A DNA stretch of 64,000 nt from a virus (IMGVR_UViG_3300017991_002758:35602-99601), one strand, 5' to 3'; shown: positions 48,354 through 58,054, numbered from the stretch's first letter. Numbers and translations: made by a program. Notes: a model not told the origin generated them from the sequence alone.

Positions 48354-48724
48354 GCAACAAAAAAACAATCGTCGGTATCTACAGGCGTAATAAAAAGGCC
48401 AAGGAAAACGAGCCGGCCTCTGAGCTGATGAAGAAGATCGAGGTCGAGGGCGGACTCAAGGAACTGATGAGAATCGGGTCATGGAAACAGACATTAACAC
48501 GACGGGTGCAGGTCGAAGTCGGAGAGAACGCCGAGGTACTGTCGGTCAGCGCAGTGCATGACGATGGCGGCCAGGGCATTCACGTAGCGGTAACTATCGA
48601 ATACCGACCGCCTAAATTCGGGCAACGCAAGAAGCCGGTGAAATTGGGCAACAGGGCACTGGGCAATGGCCCGGTGAAGACCGGCAAAACTATGGCGGCC
48701 AAGCGCAGAAGCTCCAATCGATGA
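48350..48724 (+). CDS. Hypothetical basic protein
   Basis: SD GGAGG; ATGA overlap. Confidence 0.55.
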   Translation: MSNKKTIVGIYRRNKKAKENEPASELMKKIEVEGGLKELMRIGSWKQTLTRRVQVEVGENAEVLSVSAVHDDGGQGIHVAVTIEYRPPKFGQRKKPVKLGNRALGNGPVKTGKTMAAKRRSSNR

Positions 48725-49593
48725 GCGATTGGGCAAAGCTACTTGGAGCTCCCGATAGTCCATACGAATTCGCGCTGGGATTGGAGGTGGGATCTGTATT
48801 TAAAGTTCCACCTCCGTACCCTGATCTCTACGTGAAGTCGGTGGCCGAGCGTTATCCGCGCAGAATAGTTGTCCAGAAGATCGACGTTGAGGCAAGCGCC
48901 GAGGAACATGGCAAGTCAGAAAACATCAGGGTATTAGTCGTTGTGCTGGAAACAGAGGACGGCGAGCAGATAGAGCTCACCAGGTATGCGGCGCCGGTAG
49001 AAGAACTTGATGCACCAGTGATCGACCTGACCATATGCGAAGCCTGCGGCGGAGAAATACCAGAGGGACAGGCTCGGGTATTCGAGAACAAGGCATATCA
49101 CCCAAGATGCATGACGGAGGAGAGCGATGAAGATCGTGCTATTCGTGCTGCTCGGAGCAGCAATCTCGTTGGTGGTGGTGTGGGCGGTACTGGCAGTGGC
49201 GTCGGAGGATCTGAAAAAAAGCAGACAGAATCCGAGGATGGAGCTGCACCAAAGGCTTCGCCGAAGACGGTAAGTAAAACTCGCGGCATTGGCAGCAGTA
49301 TTTCCCACATGGTGACAGTGACTGACCTTGGCGACGACAAGCACATGGTGACACTGTGGTCGATGGACAATGGAGGAATCAGCGGAACTGCCAGTGGGCG
49401 ATGGATGACCGGCCTGTGCGAAAGGGAGATTCCCAGGGAAAGCGATGTGCAGTACATCAACTACAAATTTTTCAAGGGCGCGTGGATTGCAAAGGCAGAT
49501 GACCTTCGGGTATGGAACCGACTGTACACCAGTGCAATGAGAGAAATGGGATATGCCCGTTTCCCGTCCGGATCAGACTGGGAGGAAATATGA
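48721..49593 (+). CDS. Hypothetical protein with LIM-like CxxC...HxxC finger
   Basis: CEAC...YHPRC. Confidence 0.55.
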   Translation: MSDWAKLLGAPDSPYEFALGLEVGSVFKVPPPYPDLYVKSVAERYPRRIVVQKIDVEASAEEHGKSENIRVLVVVLETEDGEQIELTRYAAPVEELDAPVIDLTICEACGGEIPEGQARVFENKAYHPRCMTEESDEDRAIRAARSSNLVGGGVGGTGSGVGGSEKKQTESEDGAAPKASPKTVSKTRGIGSSISHMVTVTDLGDDKHMVTLWSMDNGGISGTASGRWMTGLCEREIPRESDVQYINYKFFKGAWIAKADDLRVWNRLYTSAMREMGYARFPSGSDWEEI

Positions 49594-49916
49594 CAACCAA
49601 GACTGACATCATCGATGCAATAAAGGCGGCTGCAGATGCCACTGGTGACAATAACATCCGGATCTCGCTGGGTGCCACAGGCAATCACCTGAAGAACACC
49701 ATTGGCGAAACCAAACCTACGGGAGCAGCGTGGAATCCAGAACCGAAAACCTGGCCAGTGATATGCGAAGGCCTGGCGAATTGGGCTGACTCGCTTGGCA
49801 TCTCAGGCGTGAAGGATAAGTTGAACGATCTGATCGGCCAGTACAATCAACTGCTCGAAGATTACAACAACAGCACGGTGCCGTCATCGGCGTCGGAAGT
49901 TGATCCGCTGCCATGA
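49590..49916 (+). CDS. Hypothetical protein
   Basis: SD GGAGG; ATGA overlap. Confidence 0.55.
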   Translation: MTTKTDIIDAIKAAADATGDNNIRISLGATGNHLKNTIGETKPTGAAWNPEPKTWPVICEGLANWADSLGISGVKDKLNDLIGQYNQLLEDYNNSTVPSSASEVDPLP

Positions 49917-50440
49917 TGCTGGACAAGCGAAAGCCCTGGAGATCTCCCGCGTTCATGAAGTTCTGTCACGAGCGCATGCGTGGCGCTATGTGCTGTACGT
50001 GTGGTGAAAAGCCATGGGTCCAGCTCCACCATTGGGGCGACGACGGAGGCATGGGGCTGAAGCCTACCGATCTGAAACTGGCGAGGGTTTGCCGAAAGTG
50101 CCATGATAAGTATGGGTACAAGGAGCGCGCATTGATGTCGCCTCGGTGCGGCCTCGGCCTGGAAACGGCGAGATTGATATTGTCCAATTTCAGGCGCGAC
50201 GCGATAAAGCTCCTCGAGGCATACGTTCAGTACCTCGAAGGAGACGAAGGGCAAAGGCATGATGATTGTTCTGTCGATGAGCTGAACGAGTGGCTCGCGA
50301 CAGAGGCCCACAGTGTTGGGCCGGACAAGCAAAGGAACTGGCTTCTCGCGTGGGCGGACAGGCGCGCCGCTGAAATTGTGGAAGCCTATGAGGAAAGGGT
50401 TGAAGGACATGGGCAAGACGAAGATCGAGTGGTGCGATGA
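49913..50440 (+). CDS. DUF968-like HNH-fold protein
   Basis: CCTCG...HH....GMGLKP.D....VCR.CH. Confidence 0.65.
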   Translation: MMLDKRKPWRSPAFMKFCHERMRGAMCCTCGEKPWVQLHHWGDDGGMGLKPTDLKLARVCRKCHDKYGYKERALMSPRCGLGLETARLILSNFRRDAIKLLEAYVQYLEGDEGQRHDDCSVDELNEWLATEAHSVGPDKQRNWLLAWADRRAAEIVEAYEERVEGHGQDEDRVVR

Positions 50441-51269
50441 AACCGTAAATTTCATCACCGGATGTCGCAATAACTGCGCTTACTGTTACGCCAGGGGAAC
50501 CGCGGAGCGCAATGCGCGCATGGGCGTCGAGCGGTACATGGCCGTGAAATCTATAACGGGTCACGCCTTTTCGCCGGCCTACCACGACAATGTGATGAGG
50601 AAGGAGCGAGAGCGTCTGTCGCGCGTCACCAGACCGCGAGTAATATTCATTGGGTCGATGTCCGACCCGGCCACAGAAGGCCGCTGGCTTTATCTGGACG
50701 GAACTGAGCGCGGCAAGGGTCGAGTCGCCGGGGACAGCTGGGTCCAGGATATGATCTCCGACTTTTGTCGGAACCTACCTCAGCATAGGTTCATACTTCT
50801 GACGAAGAAGCCTCAGAACCTGATCAACGACTGGCCTCCTAACGTATGGATTGGAGTTTCCGTTGCTGACCACGCCGGCGCCAGGTACCGGATTCCGATG
50901 CTGCTCACCGACAGGCAAACCACGGTTCTGGAGTCTGACCCGGTTCTCAGATGTGGCGGTCTACTGATCAGCGCAGAGCCGTTGCAGGGAGGACCTGACC
51001 CTGGAGATTTCGTCGATCCTGATTGGCTGAACGGTGTCGCGGTTAAACCCGGTTGGCTCATCATAGGATCTCAGACCCGGCCGGCGCTTCCGCCGGACAA
51101 GGTTCCTCACGTGGTCGAAAACGGCCGTCAGCTCGTTGCCTGGGCCGCGGAGAACGAGGTTCCGTGTTTCACCAAGCACAATATGGTGCAGCTCGCTCCG
51201 GAGATGTCGTGGCCGATGGAATTTCCCGAGGATATTAAACAGGTGAAGAAACCCAACAAGGAGGTTTGA
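50409..51269 (+). CDS. Phage Gp37/Gp68 (DUF5131) radical-SAM-like protein
   Basis: TKIEWCD.T.N.ITGC...C.YCYA, IF.GSMSD, LTK.P, NVW.GVSV, S.EPL. Confidence 0.85.
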   Translation: MGKTKIEWCDETVNFITGCRNNCAYCYARGTAERNARMGVERYMAVKSITGHAFSPAYHDNVMRKERERLSRVTRPRVIFIGSMSDPATEGRWLYLDGTERGKGRVAGDSWVQDMISDFCRNLPQHRFILLTKKPQNLINDWPPNVWIGVSVADHAGARYRIPMLLTDRQTTVLESDPVLRCGGLLISAEPLQGGPDPGDFVDPDWLNGVAVKPGWLIIGSQTRPALPPDKVPHVVENGRQLVAWAAENEVPCFTKHNMVQLAPEMSWPMEFPEDIKQVKKPNKEV

Positions 51270-51270
51270 T

Positions 51271-51639
51271 ATGACCGATGAGGACAGGAAATACTTGGCG
51301 TTCGCGTACGAGAAGTCGTGGTATCAGAGCAAGAAGTTTATTGCCTTTTTGCTCATGGAGCTACTGCTGGCGGCGATGGCGATGGTCGCGCTGTTCACAC
51401 AGAAGGAGCTGGGCTGGCCGCTGGCGTCGTTCATGACGGGCATAGTCACGGTAATGGGCGTCATCGCTCTGGTCTTCAACGGATACCAGGCGAAGACCGA
51501 CATGCTGGTCCGCGCCTTGGCGTTGACCGGGCAAGCGCCGAGGAGCGTAATGGAAAAGCTGTTCGGAGCAATAAAGAAACCCAGTAAACCAGATTCGTCT
51601 GAACCCGGCGAAGGCGAAGAGGACGAGGAGGAGATATGA
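51271..51639 (+). CDS. Putative holin (two TM helices)
   Basis: WYQSKKF followed by two hydrophobic helices and a charged tail. Confidence 0.55.
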   Translation: MTDEDRKYLAFAYEKSWYQSKKFIAFLLMELLLAAMAMVALFTQKELGWPLASFMTGIVTVMGVIALVFNGYQAKTDMLVRALALTGQAPRSVMEKLFGAIKKPSKPDSSEPGEGEEDEEEI

Positions 51640-52031
51640 TGTGGTTCGCGCCAAGCTGGAAGTTGCTAAAGGACGCATGGCCGGCCTTCGTATTGATGGC
51701 TCTCGTGGTGCTGATCTTCCTGGCCGCGACGATGTTCGCGTTCAGCCGGTGCTCGCCTGAGCCACCAGACCACATGGAAGAGCAGCGGGACATGGTGCTC
51801 GAGCAACTTAAAATCGACAGGGAAAAAAACGATAAACGCCTGCTTGAGCTCGAAGGCGAAATGAATTCCCTTAAATTCCAGGTTGAGATCCTGGACGAGG
51901 AAATTGCCGAGAGTGCACAGGAGAGAGAGGAGATACAAGATGCGATTAGCAACGCTGGTAGCATTGATGCTATTGACCGCATCCTCAAGAGCGGTATCCC
52001 AGGAGCAACCGGCGGACGCCGGCGTAAGTGA
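51636..52031 (+). CDS. Putative i-spanin (N-terminal TM plus coiled coil)
   Basis: Predicted topology and position after the holin-like gene. Confidence 0.5.
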   Translation: MMWFAPSWKLLKDAWPAFVLMALVVLIFLAATMFAFSRCSPEPPDHMEEQRDMVLEQLKIDREKNDKRLLELEGEMNSLKFQVEILDEEIAESAQEREEIQDAISNAGSIDAIDRILKSGIPGATGGRRRK

Positions 52032-52488
52032 GCCGGCGAAGGTCGAGCGCGTCAGGCCTCCGGAATTGATCGACGTGCCTGAGGGTATGGTGCTGAGGCC
52101 CAGGGACGACGAAGGGCGCCGTACGCTATTTAAGCCGGACCAAGAATACAAGTGTTTCGCAACGCCGGGCTGGGGGCAGATGGGGCAGTTGATTGTAGAC
52201 TACCGCTGGTTGTTCTATTACGCGATACGCATGGAGGCCAAGGTCGCCGCGCTGGAGCAGCAGATTGGCAACCTCGAACTTCAGTTAGAGATCTGGAATG
52301 ACAACACGGATAAAACCGAGCGCGCATTAAACAGTATGACCGGACTGTTTAATAAGGAACATGACTGGCGACTCAAGGCGGAGAAGAACGAGAACATTGA
52401 ACTATGGGCGTGGCGAGCCGGCACGGTGGTTGGCCTGGTATTGGCAGGAGCGTTCGCCGGCGCCTGGGGAGCACAGAGATCAAAATGA
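51940..52488 (+). CDS. Signal peptide + coiled coil + C-terminal hydrophobic helix; spanin-like partner
   Basis: Overlaps the i-spanin-like gene; SD GAGGAG. Confidence 0.5.
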   Translation: MRLATLVALMLLTASSRAVSQEQPADAGVSEPAKVERVRPPELIDVPEGMVLRPRDDEGRRTLFKPDQEYKCFATPGWGQMGQLIVDYRWLFYYAIRMEAKVAALEQQIGNLELQLEIWNDNTDKTERALNSMTGLFNKEHDWRLKAEKNENIELWAWRAGTVVGLVLAGAFAGAWGAQRSK

Positions 52489-53156
52489 AATACTGGCAGA
52501 GAATAGAAGACCGCATGGCGACGCAGGGCATTGAGACTATAACGCACAAGGCGACCATTGAAGACGGTCAGCGGGACAACGATTTTTATATCAAGATTGG
52601 CTGGTGGCGCGGCCGGCCGGTTTCTATTGATGTAACGATGGCCAGGCATGGCGAGAAAATGAATAATGACACGCTGGACATTCACAAGTCCGCGTTGCCT
52701 TTGGTTGTCGATTTGCGTCAGCGCATATTGGAAAACACCAGAGCCTCGCTGGAGCTGATATGCCGAGAGGCCTCGTTGCTTCTATCATCGAGGCGTTGCA
52801 AGTTGGACGATCTGGCGGAACTTTGGAGGGTCACGCAGATGGAACCCAAGGGTCACTGTAAACAGGTAGAGGACGAGCTGGGCGATAGAGTTAATGGGCC
52901 ACTGGACGCCGCGGCGAAGCTGTTCAAATTAAAAGAGGCCCAATGGGAGAAGGACATGGCCTACAATTACAGCGAAGATGAAATAGAAGGTATGATTAGA
53001 GATTGCCAGGAGGCACTCGAAGAGCGACCGGACGACTTCACTGGCTGGGAGCGTAGCTTTATTGAGGATATTGAGGATAATAATGAGACAACTCATCTCA
53101 GCGAGGGCCAGATCGAAAAGCTCGAGCAGATATGGGAGGAGCGGAACTGTGGGTGA
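52485..53156 (+). CDS. Stand-alone NrdJ C-terminal (TSCPD-like) domain fused to a small helical domain
   Basis: THK.TI...YI.IG...GRP..I..TMA..G...SL.L...EP.G...LD pattern. Confidence 0.5.
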   Translation: MKYWQRIEDRMATQGIETITHKATIEDGQRDNDFYIKIGWWRGRPVSIDVTMARHGEKMNNDTLDIHKSALPLVVDLRQRILENTRASLELICREASLLLSSRRCKLDDLAELWRVTQMEPKGHCKQVEDELGDRVNGPLDAAAKLFKLKEAQWEKDMAYNYSEDEIEGMIRDCQEALEERPDDFTGWERSFIEDIEDNNETTHLSEGQIEKLEQIWEERNCG

Positions 53157-53703
53157 GGATCTGCCAGATGTGATACTGATCGAGCCCGAGATGATTCCCG
53201 AGTATCTCACCGGAGAGGGTCACGCCGGCAGTGGTGTCTTTGTTGTCAAATGCGAGGACATCGACGTTTGCCGGTACACTGACGGGAAGCTTACGCATGT
53301 TGCATGCGATCATCCCAGGCATGGCTCTCATCCCAAGTTTGCAAGCAACTATGCTAAAATTAAAATGTTATCGGAACGGCTCAAGTTCATTGGCTACAAT
53401 GATGACGGGCCTTGTCCCAAATGCGATGGGAAGTATTGGCTTGACCTCAGTAGCCCTGCTGCACAGCAGCAGGTGGTGATGTCGCTGGCGTTCGGAATGT
53501 GGCGAGGAATTGCTTACACTGCGCGCCAGTTGAAACCCGAAGACACAAGTGCTATGATCAGCGCATTCCTCAAGATCTCCGGATCTGAGGGTGCCTCTTC
53601 CAGCTCGGTCGGGATGGCTGCTCCCGGCCGGGCTAATTTTTCAACCGACGCAGTCACCGTGGGCAAAGAACCAGGCAAAGGAGAAGATGATGAGCAAGGA
53701 TGA
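53149..53703 (+). CDS. Hypothetical Cys/His protein
   Basis: GTG start after GGAGGAG; CPKC. Confidence 0.5.
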   Translation: MGEDLPDVILIEPEMIPEYLTGEGHAGSGVFVVKCEDIDVCRYTDGKLTHVACDHPRHGSHPKFASNYAKIKMLSERLKFIGYNDDGPCPKCDGKYWLDLSSPAAQQQVVMSLAFGMWRGIAYTARQLKPEDTSAMISAFLKISGSEGASSSSVGMAAPGRANFSTDAVTVGKEPGKGEDDEQG

Positions 53704-54100
53704 TGTGAGTGTAGAAATATTGTGCAGGAACGAAAGCAAGGTGGTGGGCATTATTGCAGTGCCAGTAGAAACAGGCAAAAGGGGATACTTGCTTTCGTCA
53801 CGGGTAATCTGGGGTGGCTTCCGACCTGTAACTGAGGAATACAGGTTGCCACGAAAGATGCAAGGCGATGGACAGGTACTGAGCTGCCCTAGGTGCATGG
53901 GTATGCTTTGTATCAAAGGCGACAATCCCACGAAAAAGGCAGAGACCGATAAGGTCATAGCTGCCAGGGAGGAGGCGCGTAAGCGCATATTGGAACAGGC
54001 GAAAAACGACGGCGAGGTGCACGAGCATCTGCCCAGCCACGGCGTTGATGCAGACATGGCCCCAATCATATTGGGCAAAACCAGGATCAGCGCGCGATGA
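53687..54100 (+). CDS. Hypothetical Zn-ribbon protein
   Basis: SD AAGGAG; CPRC. Confidence 0.5.
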   Translation: MMSKDDVSVEILCRNESKVVGIIAVPVETGKRGYLLSSRVIWGGFRPVTEEYRLPRKMQGDGQVLSCPRCMGMLCIKGDNPTKKAETDKVIAAREEARKRILEQAKNDGEVHEHLPSHGVDADMAPIILGKTRISAR

Positions 54101-54492
54101 GTGGGGCAACGCCGGAGGAAGGCGGGAATAAAATGAGCCCTGAAGAATTGCAAGCGGAAAACAGGAGGTTAGAGGAAGAGATCCGCAAAGCCCACAATTA
54201 CGTGGACCAATTGAAACGAGAACACGGCGAACAAATGGCAGCGCGCAAATCTGAAATAGAACTGCTTAAGAAGCAAGTAGCACTATTGGAAAGTTCACCA
54301 TTGCCGTTTCCCGGAGAAGAGCCGGCCGAGATAGAAATAGAATTCCCGGGTCTGATGAGAATCAAGCTGACCGGCCAGGCCGCTGCTCGTTCCTGTGTAA
54401 CGGAGGATTTAATTGAGGGAAAGCATCGAGAGAATAAAAAAGACGCGGGGAAAAAGGCTCGAGAGAGTGGCAAGGTCGTGGCGTTTGAGTAA
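54097..54492 (+). CDS. Hypothetical coiled-coil protein
   Basis: ATGA overlap. Confidence 0.5.
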   Translation: MSGATPEEGGNKMSPEELQAENRRLEEEIRKAHNYVDQLKREHGEQMAARKSEIELLKKQVALLESSPLPFPGEEPAEIEIEFPGLMRIKLTGQAAARSCVTEDLIEGKHRENKKDAGKKARESGKVVAFE

Positions 54493-55081
54493 AATAAAAG
54501 GCGAGACTGATGAGAGTTTACAAGATCGGATTGCGGCGAGGATGTTTGGCAAGGAAATGCCTGACCCTGTAATCGAAGAAGGAGCGATAGAAGGTAAGCC
54601 CAGGCGTTGGTGGCTGACCTTGATCTGGACATGGCAAGCCGATCTGGTTTCCATCCTTGTAGCATTGGTATTCCGAGTGCTTTGGGGTCGCGATCTATTT
54701 TGGGCCGACGGCATTTGGGCCGAGCTGAAGGAGCATTCATGGCCGGCGCGCACATGGTACAAGCGATGGAACGGCACCACTCTCTGCCATGGAGGATTTA
54801 TCTCGTTCGGAAAGCACAAGTGTATTCCCCATGAGCTACACCACGTTGAACAATGCGAAGCTCGTATGCTCGCCGGGTTTATTATCGGCCTGGCGTCTGC
54901 TGCAGTGACCTTGTTTTTCGACAGAAATCCTTGGCATGCACTCATTGCACTGGAGCTCCCGTGGTTCGGAGTATGGCCATTAGGCTACCTGGCGAGCCTT
55001 GCGCAGGCATATCTTCGTGGTGAAGATCCCTATTATGGTAGTCACCTTGAAGAAGCTGCGTACGCATTGGAAGACGACTAA
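54485..55081 (+). CDS. Membrane-associated zincin (HExxH, DUF4157-like); start uncertain
   Basis: GTTL.H, HELHHVEQ, YY...LEE.AY; TM helices. Confidence 0.55.
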   Translation: MSKIKGETDESLQDRIAARMFGKEMPDPVIEEGAIEGKPRRWWLTLIWTWQADLVSILVALVFRVLWGRDLFWADGIWAELKEHSWPARTWYKRWNGTTLCHGGFISFGKHKCIPHELHHVEQCEARMLAGFIIGLASAAVTLFFDRNPWHALIALELPWFGVWPLGYLASLAQAYLRGEDPYYGSHLEEAAYALEDD

Positions 55082-55111
55082 CTCATCGACCTTTCTATTG
55101 ACCAAAAAAAC

Positions 55112-55140
55112 TTGCTTTTTTGTGTCCACAAATACACAAT
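55112..55140 (+). promoter_or_regulatory. Sigma70-like promoter of ssb with a dyad operator in the spacer
   Basis: TTGCTT-17 bp-CACAAT; TTTGTGTCCACAAA at 55119-55132. Confidence 0.6.
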
Positions 55141-55259
55141 AAAAATTAGTTAAAGCAACCGTTCCTGGGTGGGGCGGAATGTCCTGAGTCGCTAATTTTG
55201 AACAACCCCCACCAATGGAAAAATGAGAGCATCGGATGATGCAATTCAAGGAGGAAAAT

Positions 55260-55751
55260 ATGTTGAACAAAGTATTCCTAATGGGTCGGCTCGGAAAAGA
55301 TCCTGAGTTATCCTACACTCAAGCCGGGACAGCTCGTTGCCGCTTTTCACTCGCTACTTCCGAGGTCTATTACGATAAACAGACCAATGAGAAGAAGGAG
55401 GAAACTGAGTGGCATAACATAATAGTATGGGGCAACCAGGCGGAGAGCTGCGGTAAGTACTTGGCCAAGGGTCGCATGGCTCACATTGAAGGCAAGATAA
55501 CGAATCGAAGCTGGGACGATCAGCAGACCGGTCAGAAAAAGTACATCACCGAAATAAAAGCCAACCGCGTCACCTTCCTGGGAGGAGGGGAACAGCAGGG
55601 CGGAGGCGGACAGCAGGGCGGAGGCGGCCGCGGAGGAGGCGGAAGCGGACGTGACAATAACAGTGGCCGCGGAGATCATGGAGGCGGATACGACGGAGGA
55701 GGAGGCGGCGGATACCAAGGTCCTCCCGAAGACGACGACATACCGTTCTAG
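55260..55751 (+). CDS. ssb: Single-stranded DNA-binding protein
   Basis: LNKVFLMGRLGKDPE, TEWH, Gly-rich linker, DDDIPF tail. Confidence 0.97.
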   Translation: MLNKVFLMGRLGKDPELSYTQAGTARCRFSLATSEVYYDKQTNEKKEETEWHNIIVWGNQAESCGKYLAKGRMAHIEGKITNRSWDDQQTGQKKYITEIKANRVTFLGGGEQQGGGGQQGGGGRGGGGSGRDNNSGRGDHGGGYDGGGGGGYQGPPEDDDIPF

Positions 55752-55759
55752 GAGGCTAC

Positions 55760-56185
55760 ATGGGAAGAGGAATTTATTTATCAAAAAAGCACGGAGTGAA
55801 TCCAGCGATTCCGCTCTGCTTCTATTGCCTGGAGCCCAAGAACGAGATCGTCCTACCTGGCCGAATGAAGGGCGATGCCCAGGCTCCTCAACATGCCGTT
55901 TGGGATGACTTGCCATGCGACAAGTGTCGCGAGCACATGAAGAACGGCATCATCCTGATCAGCGTCGATGAAAAACTTTCCGGCGGCGAAACGACCAATC
56001 CATACCGTACGGGAGGTTGGGTGGTAATAAAGGAGGACGCCATTCGCAGGATGATCGATCCAGAATCGGCCGAGCGAATACTGAGGCTTAGGTTCTCATT
56101 TGTTACCGATGAAACCTGGGACATGCTGGGTTTACCCAGGCCCGAGCCGTTGCCGGCCGCGGCCAACGGAGATACCGATGGCTGA
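55760..56185 (+). CDS. Hypothetical Zn-finger protein
   Basis: S.KHGVNP...CFYC...PCDKC. Confidence 0.6.
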   Translation: MGRGIYLSKKHGVNPAIPLCFYCLEPKNEIVLPGRMKGDAQAPQHAVWDDLPCDKCREHMKNGIILISVDEKLSGGETTNPYRTGGWVVIKEDAIRRMIDPESAERILRLRFSFVTDETWDMLGLPRPEPLPAAANGDTDG

Positions 56186-56498
56186 GCAAATGAAATATCC
56201 TCATAGGTGTAGTCGGTGCGGGTTCTGTTGCCTGTCCTGTACTTGCCCGGCGGGAATGGCTCATCACGGTATTGGAAAGTTCGAGCCCTGCCCGAGTCTG
56301 GAGTTTGATGACAAGGGCATCGCGAAATGTAATCTGGTTGAGCCCGGCCTCGTCCCTGTTGGTGACGGTTGTTGCATAAAAGCGAGAGCCTACAAAGACG
56401 GAAAGGAATTCGACTTCGCTGGCCTTCGGCCTGCAATGAAAAGCCGGGCCGTGGCTGACCTCAGAAGATCGCGCATGATGCGCATGGTAAAAAGGTAG
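56178..56498 (+). CDS. YkgJ-like Cys-cluster (Fe-S/Zn) protein
   Basis: CSRCGFCC...CP...PCPSL...C. Confidence 0.6.
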   Translation: MAEQMKYPHRCSRCGFCCLSCTCPAGMAHHGIGKFEPCPSLEFDDKGIAKCNLVEPGLVPVGDGCCIKARAYKDGKEFDFAGLRPAMKSRAVADLRRSRMMRMVKR

Positions 56499-56505
56499 GT
56501 GAAAT

Positions 56506-56856
56506 ATGAGCGAACCAATAGTGATAAAAAAGATAGAAGTGGATCGAAATATTTGCCGAGGCACCATCGATATCTACGTGAAAGGTAGCGTCGTTTCGGG
56601 CAACGGTCCCACGAAATATCTATCCGATGATGGACAATGGAAAGATTTCGAGCCTTACGCCAAACCAATGCTTTCTTTGTCATATAATAGAGATGGATGC
56701 GAAGTAGCCCAAATGTTGGCAGATGGTTTATGGGATGCTCGCATCAGACCGGCGGGAGCAAGAGGTTCTGCTGGTCAACTGACTGCGGTTCAATACCACC
56801 TTGAGGATATGAGGAAGATAGCCTTCGGGCTACTGAAAGAAGACAAGGAGAAGTAG
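56506..56856 (+). CDS. Hypothetical protein
   Basis: SD AGGTGA; HLEDMRKI. Confidence 0.55.
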   Translation: MSEPIVIKKIEVDRNICRGTIDIYVKGSVVSGNGPTKYLSDDGQWKDFEPYAKPMLSLSYNRDGCEVAQMLADGLWDARIRPAGARGSAGQLTAVQYHLEDMRKIAFGLLKEDKEK

Positions 56857-57528
56857 ATGACCAGGAGAGAAAACGACAATTACACCACGAACCTCGGCCT
56901 GGCGCGCTGGGCCGTGAAGCACGCCGCAAAAATGGCGCTGTTTAAACCGGGGGAAGGTCGCATGCTGGAGCCCTGCTGCGGAGATGACGCGCCGTTCGCA
57001 ACGGCCGCTAAGGAGATCGGCATGGAGCCTTTCGGGTTCGATATTCGAGATGTGAAACCAAAGCTTTGGGAGGGCACCGAAGGATTCGGCAACGGAGGCG
57101 CCTGCTGTACTCAAATCGATATAACTAAGTATGACCCCAAAGCGGTTCTGTATGACGTCATCGCCACTAATCCGCCGTTCACCATCGGAGAGGAGGTGGT
57201 CAGAAAATCGCTGGACATGCTCGAGCCGCATGGCGCTGCCGTGTTTCTGGTGAAGATGGCCTTTCTCGGTACGCAGGCCCGGTCCAAGCTGTTCAGGGAG
57301 AGGCCGCCGGCCGAGGTATGGATTCTCACGGCACGGCCGTCGTTTACCGGAGACGGCAACACCGACATAGCCCAGGAGTATGCCTTCGTATTCTGGAATG
57401 GAGCCCACACGGACGCTCTCATTGACTCCATCAGAATGAGAACAACAAAGCTGTACTGGCTGAACAGCAAACTACACATGACCAGCCTCGATAAACCTCG
57501 CGTGCGAATAGAGAAGGGAGGTAGTTAG
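56857..57528 (+). CDS. Amino-type (N6A/N4C) DNA methyltransferase
   Basis: LEPCCGD SAM motif, TNPPF catalytic motif, RPSF.G.G.TD. Confidence 0.8.
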   Translation: MTRRENDNYTTNLGLARWAVKHAAKMALFKPGEGRMLEPCCGDDAPFATAAKEIGMEPFGFDIRDVKPKLWEGTEGFGNGGACCTQIDITKYDPKAVLYDVIATNPPFTIGEEVVRKSLDMLEPHGAAVFLVKMAFLGTQARSKLFRERPPAEVWILTARPSFTGDGNTDIAQEYAFVFWNGAHTDALIDSIRMRTTKLYWLNSKLHMTSLDKPRVRIEKGGS

Positions 57529-57530
57529 AC

Positions 57531-57782
57531 ATGAGCGGCAAAGTGTCATTGGGCGACGTAATATTCCCATTGTTGGTGACTCAATGGGATGATGGTTGCC
57601 TATGGTATCCAGTGCCGGAAATAGATAAACAGGTCACCAAGTTGCGCGCCGAACTGAAGGCGTCAAATGAATTTGTCGACAAACTGGCAACAGTGCTCGA
57701 AGAGGAAGAATGGAATTCTGATTTTCGCCAGGTTCTTGTCGATATGGTCGCCGCGGAAAAGGCGAGAAGGGAGGGTATATGA
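57531..57782 (+). CDS. Hypothetical protein
   Basis: SD GGAGG. Confidence 0.5.
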   Translation: MSGKVSLGDVIFPLLVTQWDDGCLWYPVPEIDKQVTKLRAELKASNEFVDKLATVLEEEEWNSDFRQVLVDMVAAEKARREGI

Positions 57783-58054
57783 CTAAGAGAGTACATGAGG
57801 AGTGGGATACATTTAAAGAAATGGTGATAGATTCGGAAGCTCCAATGATTCAAAAAAATTCCATGAAGCTCGCCTTCTATTCTGGAGCGTTATCGATGAT
57901 GACCATGCTCTTTACGCTGGCTGATGAAGTTACTGACCCAGATGTAGCTGAGAAAATAGTGGAAGAATGGAAAAAGGAATTTTCAATTACCAAAGATACT
58001 TTGTTGGCTAACACGGATTTATGGAAAGCGCCTCCCAATGGAGAAGGACAATGA
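57779..58054 (+). CDS. Hypothetical protein
   Basis: ATGA overlap; AFY.GA. Confidence 0.55.
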   Translation: MTKRVHEEWDTFKEMVIDSEAPMIQKNSMKLAFYSGALSMMTMLFTLADEVTDPDVAEKIVEEWKKEFSITKDTLLANTDLWKAPPNGEGQ

